Shown in pieces: positions 1-11,768 of a DNA stretch of 64,000 nt. Origin of the DNA: Daphnia carinata (taxonomy: Eukaryota); assembly GCF_022539665.2 (NCBI RefSeq), contig NC_081333.1:9734001-9798000 (forward strand). Direction: 5' to 3'. Both the position numbers and the translations under genes were made by a program. The notes below the pieces were generated by a model, which was given only the letters and a program-made list of their open reading frames with translations, did not search any database and was not told where the DNA came from. The first letter of the stretch is position 1, and every line of letters begins with the position of its first letter.

Positions 1-1711
1 TGATGTTTTTTGTTGATGCTGTTTTTTGAGGACTACGTGCCGCTCCCAATTCGCATGTAAATTTTGCTTATGTTCATATACGTAAGAGCCATGACGCTTT
101 TTCTGGCCAGAGTTCCGGCTGATTATCCAACAGCACGGCCATAGTGATCTCACTACGCCGAGTTCTCTCTGCTTCGCGTCACAAAACGGCCGGCGACTTT
201 CAGAATTGACGTGATCATTCGATCGCAGCGTGATGAACCTGTTTTGTGAACGTGATTGCTAAAGCGCGTTTCAATTGCCTGTGGCTATGTTTGTTTCTCT
301 GATCAATGCCGAGCCAGTTTAAATAGCACAAACAGCCACATAGTATTTGTTACGCTAAAAGAACTAGAGAGGGCAACCCCTCCGTATATTTTATTTTTGG
401 AGGAAAACCAAAACCCTAACTAATTATCATTGGCCTTAAATTTTTTTTCCATGTAGCATGAGACATTGTATTTTAATTTCAAATTTAAGAGCCCGAATAA
501 TTCATTTCCCTTTTCCGATTTTTTTGGACCCCCTTTTTTTTTTGTTACTACCCGATCATTAGGTTGACGGTAATTACTTTAATATAACGATGCTTGAGGG
601 GGGTTTTTCCCATGTCTAAAGGCACTTTTTACGAAATGATGTAAAGGCAGGGAGAACAAAAAAAAAGAAGACTTAGAAAATAGTGGGAGGAGCTCACCTG
701 TTGATGACTTCCACGGTGTAGTACAGCGGATAATGAGTTTGAGCCTACCGGGGATCCCGTGACCTCTATTCGTTTCGAGAGGGTTCTCTTGTATCGTTTC
801 CAGTAACATCAGTTTCCAAGAGAACAAACAAAAAACTAGGCAAATTTTCGACCTGATGAAATCAAATTGTAGTCGGGGTTTTGCCTCTGTTCATACGGCC
901 TGAAGAAAAAAAAAACCAGCACAAAAACAAAGACATCTCGATTCGAGAGTCAGGCGATATCTTTTTTTCTTTATGTATTTTAATGTCTTGTCGAAATCTG
1001 GCGCTGCCATTGGCGTGATTTGACGTCATGGCTCCGCCTATTCGCTGGCACCGTTAAAGAACGCACCACCTGAACGGTCGAACGACTTGAGCCAGTCAGT
1101 ACGACGCCGACCGCAGTGTACGCTACTAGCCTTCGTCTTTTGTTCTCCCTTTCGTTTTTACGTTCTCCCCTCCCCCCTCAACCGCAACCATTCTCTACCC
1201 TCGAAGGGGAAAACAACACAAGTTTTGCCAACTTCGACAATGGTCGCAATAGCTTGCATCATCTTTCCGTGGTCCATCCTATTTGTGTACGTCATTTTTC
1301 TCTACTTGGGCGTCTGACTGTCTCCCATTATTGAAAACACTTTGAAAATTCACGCGTGAAAAAAAAGAGAGAAGGACGAAAAAGAAAGACTGATTGAGCT
1401 CCCAAGCGCCTCCTGGCGGAGTCGGGAGACTTGTGGGACTCGCGTGAGACATTTTTTCAGTTCCGACCGCCCTCAGACGGATGTGTATGTGTTTTCGTGC
1501 TACGACGTCATTGTGACGGGATCTCTTTTTTTAAAGCTATTTTTCGACACTTAGAAATAAAAACGAGTTACAATGATAAGCTATGAAGGCTTTCTATTTT
1601 TGTGATCGACGCCAAGTTAGCGACACCAGTGAACTCGTGTGATATTCAGCCAAAAACTCTAAAAACAGACAGTAAAAAGAGAAAAGTGCAACAACCCATC
1701 AACCTCAAACC

Positions 1712-4665
1712 ATGTCGATGACGACATACTACACAGCAACGGCCAGTTCTGCGGCCGAACTGGCCGAAGCGCTTCTTTTGACCTCATCGGCCTGCGAGAG
1801 CACCTCGTCGTCGTCTTCTTTGTCCGTCAGCACAAGCGTCGAAGATGAAGACATGATGATGCTCGATTTTGATGTGGACGACTCTCCTTTACCTTCGTGT
1901 CTGGTCAATTGTATGGCGTTCACAGATGACCAGGCTGGGCGCTACCCTTTTGATAAGCGTCCGCTCGATCTCATAAACGGCGATTCGCAGACTGTCACGT
2001 CCGCCGTCTTTTGTTTCGTCAAAAATTTTGTCTGGTAAACACTTCTCTTGAATTTCCCGTTATTTTTTTTTTTTTTTTTTTTCGTATTCTTTAAAGTTAG
2101 GCTAAAGAAAGGTGGGCGGATGTACAAGGCACGATGGGAATCTTTGTTGACATTAGCGAGGTCATTTTCCTCTCGTTTGTTTACTTGGTTATCTTTGCGA
2201 CTTGACGATGATAGGCTTAGTTGATTTTGGGATGTTCATGCAAGTTCATGTTCATGGTCTCTTGTCGATTTAGCTGATAAGAAATAGATATTAGAAACCT
2301 TTGACTGTTCACCCTTGACATTTTATCCGCCCTAATTTTTTTTTTTCCTTTTACTTCGAAAATGAATTTTCTTCCACACCCTTTTTGAGTTCTGCTTTTT
2401 TGGGGGGCTCAACTGACTCATCTCGTCACGTGTCGATGAAGTCACATGTAAGTCGTGTCTGATCACGAACTCGGTCGTGATTTGAATGTCTTTTGATCCC
2501 GTTCTCTTCAAAAAACAAAGGTCTAATTGAAGAAATTTAGAATCGTATCAATATTTTTTCTAAGCCATTTGGAAATACTAAAGAGAGAGCTCCTATCCCC
2601 GCCTAAAGGGTATTGAGAAATGTCAATACCGGTGCAGCCTGGTTGAGTATTTATACGTACACATAGCGTGATGTGAAGTTTCAAATCCTCGAGGCTCTAT
2701 TTTGTTTTGTTTTTCCATTTTTTTTTATTGTACGTCTGGAATTTTTATTCACGAAAAAAAAAAAAATCTGGTTCGAACCAGTTTTTTGTTTGTGGACCCG
2801 GTTCACCGTCTACATTTCCCTAATAGACTTGATGTAAAATGCATCCTATCTGCAGGGCGATATATCTTCCGGAAAGAGAGAAAAAGAATCGTGAATGAAT
2901 GGAAAAAAAACTTGTATTTAAGAAGGTGAGCATTTCTGTATGCGGAAATAGTTTTTGTTTGTGGCGTGGAAGTTCTATATTCTGCGCTTGTAGTAGACTA
3001 GAGGGAGGAAATAAAAATCGACAAATAAGCAAAAAAGAGGCTGTTTTCTTGTTAAAAAAACAAGAGGTAGTTGTCCTTGAGTCGGGCACGGCTCACGAAC
3101 GCCGAGTTATTGTGCGATTTGGATGCTGTTGTCTCATTTAGGTCAAGGCGATCTGGATTTATCATGCCCAGTGCGCGCAGGCCAACATCCGGCGCTATTG
3201 GTGATTGTCATCCCATTCCACCGCCGGCAGCTGAACGAACAAGGCGAAACTATTCCATTCTCTCTTTCTCTCACGCACACACACAAGTCAAAAGTGTAGT
3301 AGTCTAGTGCCAGTTCCAAGATCGAAAAGAGTGTATTTTCGAATTGCGAGACTATCAACATGGCGCCCAACAACACGAACGATTCGGTGGCAGCCGTCCC
3401 GTGGACGGAAATTCGTCAAGAGGACGGAGTTCGCCTCTCCGCATCGGTTTTACTCCATTTGAAATTGACCCGTCTGGGACTTTGTTCTAATCGACCGTCT
3501 GCAGGCCATGGTACTATCGTCAAACGTAGCGGGTAACAACTTTATGACCTATCGAGAATCATCGGTCGATGCGAACGTTATGTAACTTTTTACAAACTTC
3601 TCGACCTCGGCAAATGCGATGCTTGTCGCTGCGCTTTTTGCTTTTACAAGTTATGGAAATATTGGCGGTGGTCGTCTATCGCGTGCATTCTGCCAACCGG
3701 GGGGAAAAGAAAAATCAATGCTTGCCAAAATGTCAGCCCTTTTTTTGTTTCTTGATTGGCACTACGCAGTTATAATTTGAATTTCCCTTTTATGGACGAC
3801 GGTCCCGTTGGTCGATGACGTCAATCCGAAGGTTTATTGGCTAAATGCCTCCCCTAAGCTGTTTTACATTCATTTTTGAATCGTCTCGAATCCGGTATTG
3901 TTTTTTTGACACATCGCATCGTGCTCCTGTCATTCGGGCACATCCATCACCAGCAGGAATCATCGTAACCTTGGTGGAACAAAAATGCACAATAGTTGCA
4001 TTGCGTCAAAAATTTCGTTTCTTCACGATGCGTGCATGGTGTGGGCTTGCTATTATCTACGCGGCTAACTTTATGTCGATATGGTTTACGCAACTTTGTC
4101 GATTTTTGGGTGGTTTAATTCTGATCTCTTAGTTAACAGAATTCTGATTGTGTTTGATTTTTAACAGTGCCTCGGGTAGCAGTACGGTGGCCATCGATAA
4201 CAAAATCGAGCAGGCCATGGATCTGGTCAAGAGTCATTTGATGTTCGCCGTCCGGGAGGAGGTGGAAGTCCTCAAGGAGCGCATCGACGTCCTCATGGAA
4301 CGAATCGCCTACCTCGAATCGGAGAATCAAATTCTCAGATCAGCTGCCACTCAGGTTTGCAATTGACTCAGCCACTCCCCTCGCCTTTCCTTCATAGCTC
4401 GCCCATTAAATATTTACCGTTGTCTTGTATTTTTATCGATTACTCAAAAAAACAGGAGACCTTGGCGCAGATTGCACAGTTGGAGGCCACATTCCCGGGT
4501 AGCGGGACCGATAATAGCGGCGGGAGCTCGGTATCGGTCGTTGGCGTAGCCTCCTCCATCGGAGCTATTGTCAACAACACAATCACTTCGACGACGACGA
4601 CTACATCGACGACCACCTCTTGCACTTCCTCTCAAATCCCGAACGGAACATCACCGGCTCCTTAG
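1712..4665 (+). CDS. bun: TSC22-domain leucine-zipper protein (bunched/TSC22D family), isoform using first exon 1712-2034; shared exons 4168-4354 and 4456-4665
   Basis: Exon 4168-4354 encodes the TSC box [42 protein letters not shown]. The 1712 ORF has a phase-2 donor TG|GTAAAC at 2034/2035 matching the phase-2 acceptor AACAG|T at 4167/4168. Stop at 4663-4665. Confidence 0.85.
3360..3532 (+). CDS. bun: Alternative first coding exon of the TSC22/bunched gene ([23 protein letters not shown]...KRSG)
   Basis: CAAC-ATG-G start context, 57 open codons, and a phase-2 donor GG|GTAACA compatible with the acceptor at 4168. Confidence 0.65.
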
Positions 4666-7391
4666 CACTATGCTTGGTGTGTTCCCATCGGAAACGAATG
4701 TATTTTTCTGCTCTCGCTTCTTCTCCCACACTTTCCCTAGACTGCAACCTCCACTGTTTAATATTATATTTTTTTCCTCTGTTGGTTTCCAATCGTTTTC
4801 CTTGTCATTTTGTGTCACTTTTTGGGTCGACGATCACTCCCGACGGATCGGGATTACTTGGGTGAAAGGGTAAAATAATAAGACGATGCGAAAAAAAAAA
4901 TGAAGACGAATTCACGGATGGGGTTACCCGAAAGATTTTGTCTTTTTGACACCAAAATCTGTATAAAAAAAAAAGAAAACAAACGCAAAAAAGCAAACAA
5001 CGAGACGTGTATTCATTTTGTATAGAACAGAGCAGAGAGAGGGAGAAAGGGATACCTTTTGTCTTTGCAAAAGTGTAAAATTGGTGCGGGAGTGACGTGT
5101 CTCAGCTTATTTTTGTCATGTTCAAGGCTCGTGAGAAGCTCACTTTCATAGGAAAACTAGTCTACCTATAATTTCTTCCTCCCTCTTTATTCTATACCCT
5201 CTCAGTCCTTCATGTTTTTTTTTCTTTCATTTTTTTTTGGGGGGGATTATCATTATTATTTACAAAATGTTTTATAAGTCTTTTCTTTCTTCGTGTGTGA
5301 ACTCTCCGCAGAAGAATGACAGAAAGAGAGAGGGAGGGAAGTCGTGCGGGGTGCTATGATGATAATCTCTTCTATCCTCTATTTTTCTTTTCACCATTTT
5401 TGTGCATCTTTTTCACCTGTGATGATGATATGACAGCGAGAAAGCCAACGCGGAATGAAGTGGATCGACGCGTCGACCATTATGTTTATGTACATACCAC
5501 ACATATGTGACTACACACTACTTTAATCCTCGTCCCCACTACTACCACATATTAAATGAGGATTTTGAAAATATGTATCGCCTTTTACTGGGCGAATCAT
5601 GTCTTGTGTTTGTTTATTTGTTTGTTTATTTTTTTATTATTATTTTTTTTTCTTTACTTCTTCTTTGGTCTTGTTGTTCACCGGTCGACAGCCTTATATA
5701 ACGAAGCCACGGGAAAATACAGACTTGTCAAAGTTGATACATGAAAGAAGCGAGGTATTCAAGTCATTCGCCCACTACTCATTTTTAAATTTTCCCTCCC
5801 AATTAACATCCAAGACTGCGATTCGTATTTGAAATTTCATAGAGGCCTCGCCTGCCATTTACAAGTCATCCGTATCGGACACAAGCAGTTGGTTAATTAT
5901 TGATTTGTTTTTCTGTTTTGTTTTCTCTTTCGTACACCTTAGACCTTGCCTTGCCAATGGACATCTGCGTCCTTTTTTTTCTGTGTTATTTCCTCATTGG
6001 CAAGTCACGTAGCCATTTCCGGTTTATGATGAATGCCAACTGTCAACTGTGGAAACATTTCAAAACTACGATTTGAATGGGGAGGGAGAAGAGTGATAGG
6101 GGCGAGGAAAGAGATTGGGAAGTAGGACGGCTGCGTTTGCCATTGGCCATGTTGAAATTTTCATTCGTTCCTTTAACTCTTTCGCGCCCGCACACATACA
6201 CTTGACTTCTTTCAATGGATTCTTGCCTATACCCACTTGTCTCATTAGACAGTTTCACGCTATTTGATTCTATAATAATCAATTCGGCTCCTTTTTAATT
6301 TGTGCTCATGTTTTTGTTCCTTCCCCCCCGCATCTGTTTTTTGGATTCTTTTGGATATATTCTACTTGTGTATATGGCCGCGTGTCGGGTGCCTTCCATG
6401 TGCGAAACATTACAAAGGTTGAAAACAAAGTCCTTTTTCTTTGCAATTTTTTTTTCCCATTTCACCTTCATTTAATTAGGTTTCAGATAACGTCCTCGTT
6501 ATCGTGTGCAAGAACCGCAGAGTCTTGGATTGGCTCCGGTAAGTATATTTGAAACCGTTCAAGTCTTCATTCCCCACCGTTAGTTCGGATGTCGTAACAC
6601 GCGCGACTCGCCGTCGCTCAAAACATCCACTGGACGCCATCACATCCGTTGAGTTGCAGAATCAATTTTCTGCTCAAAGAGAAGATATTGCATTCAAGCG
6701 GTTCGTCCCTGAACGGGTATTCGATGTTGTTACCGGAATCGAGAATCTATGAATAGATTAAGACAGGAAGTGAACTAACGAAAGCGAAACCTTTTTGCAA
6801 GAAAATAAAAAATAACACATCCGAAGGATGTATGAACATTTATAATGGCCGCCAAAGAAAAAAAATAATTTTGTTTTCGTCATTGAATGGACATTCGCCG
6901 TGTGTGCGCGCTCTATTTATTTCGTCAAGAACAATCATAAAATTAGGATATCAAGTAAAAAAAAAAAAGAATGCGGAAACTAAAAATTGATGTTCGTATC
7001 GCTAGGATACAGTGAGCCACAAAGATTGGATCTATATGGATAAGCCGAACGAGAGGGAAAGAATGCCGTCCGGCGCACGTTCAAAGCGGATGTTTTCAAC
7101 GCATTATATTATTTGTTTATTTCATCGCAATGAAGTAAGAGAAGGGATGAGGCAAGAGACATAAAAGGGTTTCGCTTACGTCAGTAACCAAACCCACGAT
7201 TTCCGACTGTTAATAACTTTGACACCTCATCCCAGTCACCCAGACCCAGTCTAAGAGTCGCCCACCGGCCCACGGCTCAGTCGTCTTCACCGGCACGTCT
7301 TTTCGCCGCGTGAGTTTACGAACGCCCCCCTCTGAATAATGTTGACGTCTGCAAAAGAATTTGACACGAGAACAAACAATTAAAACTAGTA

Positions 7392-10300
7392 ATGGAGACG
7401 GAAGAGCGTGAAGTTTGGGAAAATCTAGCCGAATGGGACAATTTGGAAGATCCCCTTGCACCGCTAACCGAAGAACAACAAATAACTATTCTTGAGTTAG
7501 CTGCCATATGTGATCAAAAATTGTCTGTTGAAGATGTAAGTATCAAATTCGTAATTCTGTATTTTGTACCAATGTCACTTCATCAATTGCAATGTAGGAC
7601 CCTACAGAACCAAAAACCAATACCTTGTCACAGAACAATGCTAAGAGAAATGCTGATACTACGATATTGGATAGCTTTGCTTCTTTGATGAGTGGTGAAA
7701 AGACAATTGAATCATCACAACAGGTCTGTTGTAAAACAAAATTGTTGAAATGAAGGAAAATCTTGGTATAAACCTTCCTCTATTTTCAGTTTTATCAATG
7801 GTACTCTGAATTAGAGTGGGAAATGCTACAAGAAGAGGATGCCGAATACCGAGCATACTTAGCCCAGTTGGAAAAGCATCAAGGAGACTGCCAAGAAATG
7901 TTGCAGCAGGTGACAGGAACTTTAGATAAACTATCCAAACTCAACAGCCAATATGGTTTTGTTTCAAACAAAACAACTTCTCTGCATGAAGCTTGCGAGC
8001 AAATGCTAATAGACCAGACAAAGCTTTCAAACTTGGCTGATGAACTGGAAAACAAGATTTCGTATTTCCTCGAGTATGAAAAAATTCAATCACAACTTAG
8101 CTCACCTACTCTTTCTGTCCATGGAGAACTTTTCCGCAATATCCTGGATCGCCTCGATAAATGCATAGACTACATGCAATCACACGTAAATATCATTCCG
8201 TCTGCTGTCTTGGTCAATTATAGCCATTACGTTTGTTACAGCCTCAGTACAGGGAAACGTCCACCTATGTAACAAAATATCGGGTGTGTCTCAATACTGC
8301 ATTGTCATCTGTACGTAGCTGGGTCTTGCAAGCTCTAGAGCAATGCGTCCAACAAGCCAAAAAGCCTGACGGCAGCACACCAACAACAGGTCCAAAGAAC
8401 ATTTAAAACCATGTTGCACTTACTCAACGCCCTTTGTCTTTGCAGGTGAAAGTTACGCGTTTACGCTTTTGTACGGTAAATTTCGGCTGCATGCCGATAA
8501 AATGAAACAGCTCATGACCGACATCGAACAACGTCATGAAAAAGGACCCGAGTAGGTTTTATTACAGAAACTTGAGAATGGGCTTTCTGGAGCATTCTTT
8601 ATTTTCATTTCATCGTTTAAGGTACGAACAATTGTTGGCCGATTGTCATGCAGCGTACTTCAGTCAACGTCTGTTGCTGTTGCGACCAAGTGTCGTAGCT
8701 TCTCTAACGGACCTTTCAACTACCTACGTTCGCGACCATTGTGCCCTTTCCCGCTGTTCGTGCACGTTTCTTCTGCGCATCTGCCATGACGAATGGCAAC
8801 TTTATCACCAGTTTTTCGGCATGAAATCCGAATTACTTGAGTGAGTCTTCCTTAAATTAGTTAACAAACAAAGCGTGATGTTTTTCTCTTTCCTTCAAAT
8901 ATCATTTTTTTCTTTAACCTGTTTTCCAGAGATTATATGGATCAACTTTGTGGTTTATTGTACGATCTTCTCCGGCCGCACATTATTCATTCGAATCATT
9001 TGGAAACTTTGGCCGAACTCTGCTTTATTCTTCGCGTTGAAATGATTGACGAGCACATCAATAATAACCGTAAACACAAAAGGATTAAAAATGAAGTAAT
9101 CCTTAACTGATTTTCATTTATGGTTCTGTTCGAATTCTCTAGCGGAACAGCTCAGCGCCTTTCACCGTGTCGTTTTGCAGCTGCTGTCTGATGTGCAAGA
9201 AAGGCTGGTTTATCGTGCCCACATTTATGTTCAAAATGACATTGTTGGATACAAGCCCGTTTCCGGCGATTTGGCATACCCGGAAAAATTGGAAATGATG
9301 GAGGTAATGAATGAACCATGTGGAGGTTGCAATCCGAGTCCTCCATATTTTCTATTTTATCCTTTTTCATATTGTAGAGTATCGCGGAAGGGCTTCAAAA
9401 CCAGGCTACGCAAACGCTCGCGCGTTCCGTTTCTGTCTCCTCTGTCTCATCGCCCGATACCGTTCGGTCCCATACTGGAAGTAATACTATATGAACCGTT
9501 ATTTACGCCACGTGACAACCTCATTGACGTGGATAAATTATTCACGCAATATTTTTTTTCTGCCTTACCTGAGGCTCTTTCGTGGCAAAGTGTGATGATA
9601 CCTCTAGCCTCCTAGTTGGCCTTGGCCGATTTTCACGGCTTCGGTCTAGACTGTCGGTTTCAGGTGTTCTTTTTTTTTTTGTGGTTTCACCTTGCGCACG
9701 CCTTTATGATCTCATCGACACCTCAAGATCAATAGCTTTTTTTTTTTGTATAGGATACAAAAAAAAAACAATTTAATTGGAATCACAAATTTTATTTTGA
9801 TCCATTTTCGTTTGCTCCTTCTTAGATTCGCCTGCCGATCTCCACGGGATGTGGTATCCACCATTGAGAAGAGCCCTGCTGTGTTTATCGAAGCTGTACC
9901 GTTCGGTCGATCGTTCCACATTCCAAGGACTTTCTCAGGTAGAGATAAAAGGTAATTTAAAAAAGAAAATCTAAAATTTATCGTTGACTACGTGATAAAA
10001 GGAAGTTTTGGCGGCGGCATGTGCGGCCTTGGCAAATGCCTCGTCCCAGATTATGAGTAACAAAACGACCCTAGACGCCCATTTGTTTCACATCAAGCAC
10101 CTTCTTATTCTGCGCGAACAGGTAATGCACTTCCTTGTTGAGAGTTATCTTGTCCCATTCACAAATTCTCTTTGATTGATAGATTGCCCCTTTCCAAGTT
10201 GATTTTGCCGTCAAAGAAATGAGCCTAGATTTCAGTTCTGTGAAGCATGCCGGTAAGATTTTTTTTTACCTTGCGAAAAAATGAGAGCAACTAAGAATTA

Positions 10301-11220
10301 GCACACATTTGTTTATGCTTTCTTGTAGCATTGGGGTTGTTCCAGAAAAAAGGGCGGCTATTTTCGCTCTCAGCTAGCAATGCGCTACTAGAATTCCTTC
10401 TTGAAGGAGCCCCGCAAGTCAGGGAACATTTGAAGGGTACGCGATTTGCATAAGATGTACCCTTAAAAAAAAATCTGTCATTTTCGCCCATAGATTCCAG
10501 GCGTTTGGCTGACCGCCAACTCAAATCAACTTGTGAAGCATTCATAGATTATTGCGGTGACTTTTTGATCGGACCTATTCGCGTTTACCTAGCCAAGGTG
10601 ATAACTTATTAAATTTTTGTAGTTAATTTTTTTTTACTTTTTCTACATTTTTCTTAAACTTTTGGGGTAATAGATGACGAGTTATTTGAAGAACAACACG
10701 GACTTGACTGGATTGAAGCAACAAACATTTGCTCAACCTGATGTTGTGCAAAACTATTCTAGCGAATCGCAAAAATATCTCAGGACTCGTCTGCCTGTCG
10801 TTCAACGCAGCTTGCAGCTTTACTTGGCCAATCGTGAAACCGAATTCATTCTGTTCAGGTAAAATACAAGTTAAGCATAAATTACGTGCGTCACGCAAAA
10901 ATGCCCCGTGCCCTGACGTCTCATGTTTCAGACCTGTCAAGAACTTGATAGTTGCTAGCTTTCAACAACTGCACCAAATCCTGGTAACCCATTACAGTGA
11001 GGAAGAACGAGGACTAATTGCAGCTCCTTCACCAGAACATATATCTATTCTTCTTTCTGCTATGCTGCTAAAGCGACCGGAATCTGTGTCAGGAGAGAGA
11101 GAGAAGTTCGTGTGAATATCCTGTCTTGCCATTCAGTTATACCTAATTTTCGCTTGTCCTCGTTTTAGGACGCCAGATTCTCAAAGTCCTGCCAAGGAGC
11201 CCATACATAACATTTCATAG
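7392..11220 (+). CDS. COG3: Conserved oligomeric Golgi complex subunit 3, multi-exon
   Basis: Motifs [63 protein letters not shown] and [22 protein letters not shown] introns. Probable last exon 11169-11220 via a phase-2 intron 11106-11168. Confidence 0.95.
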
Positions 11221-11768
11221 TTATCCCAAGTTGTTACGAGAGATGTGTCCGATGCCGACATTTCCAATACATTTACGCGTGTTGTTTCATTCAAAGGTAT
11301 GCAATTTCCTCTTATTTCGTAGCATCACCGAGCCAATGATCATCGGCAAGTTTTCCATATTAGCACTTTGCATAGGTCTGTGTAGTATTGTCGCACTACG
11401 AATAAGTTTGGATTTTCGTGGGAACCATTTGATTCGGTTTAGCCTAGTGTTGGAAAGCAGCACGTTGGATAAAAAGGGCAATTAGACTATCAGACAGAAT
11501 GTTTAACCGAACGTTCTGGGCCCCCTGTATTTTTCCAATTGCGAAAAATGTGTAAGAAAAAGAATGTCATCGGTGGAACATTTGCGATGGCTTTGATACA
11601 GAACTTAAACTGTTAAACATTTTCTTGGATTACTGATGAATCTCCCAAAAACTCTTTTTAAAATTAAGAAGCAATTAGATGACAAACATTCTCTTGAAGT
11701 AATAAGTTTTATTACTTCGTGTGTAAATCAAAAAGAGAATATTTGCCAGTTTTGCATATAGCATTTCG

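Noticed and set aside
4666..7300. ORF-track entries in the bunched 3' region and antisense ORFs over real genes
   Set aside because: Low-complexity Phe/Lys-rich translations of UTR DNA or shadow frames of genuine exons.
9590..9665. Box C/D snoRNA starting at GTGATGA in the COG3 intron
   Set aside because: No downstream CTGA box D or terminal stem; a cassette exon fits better.
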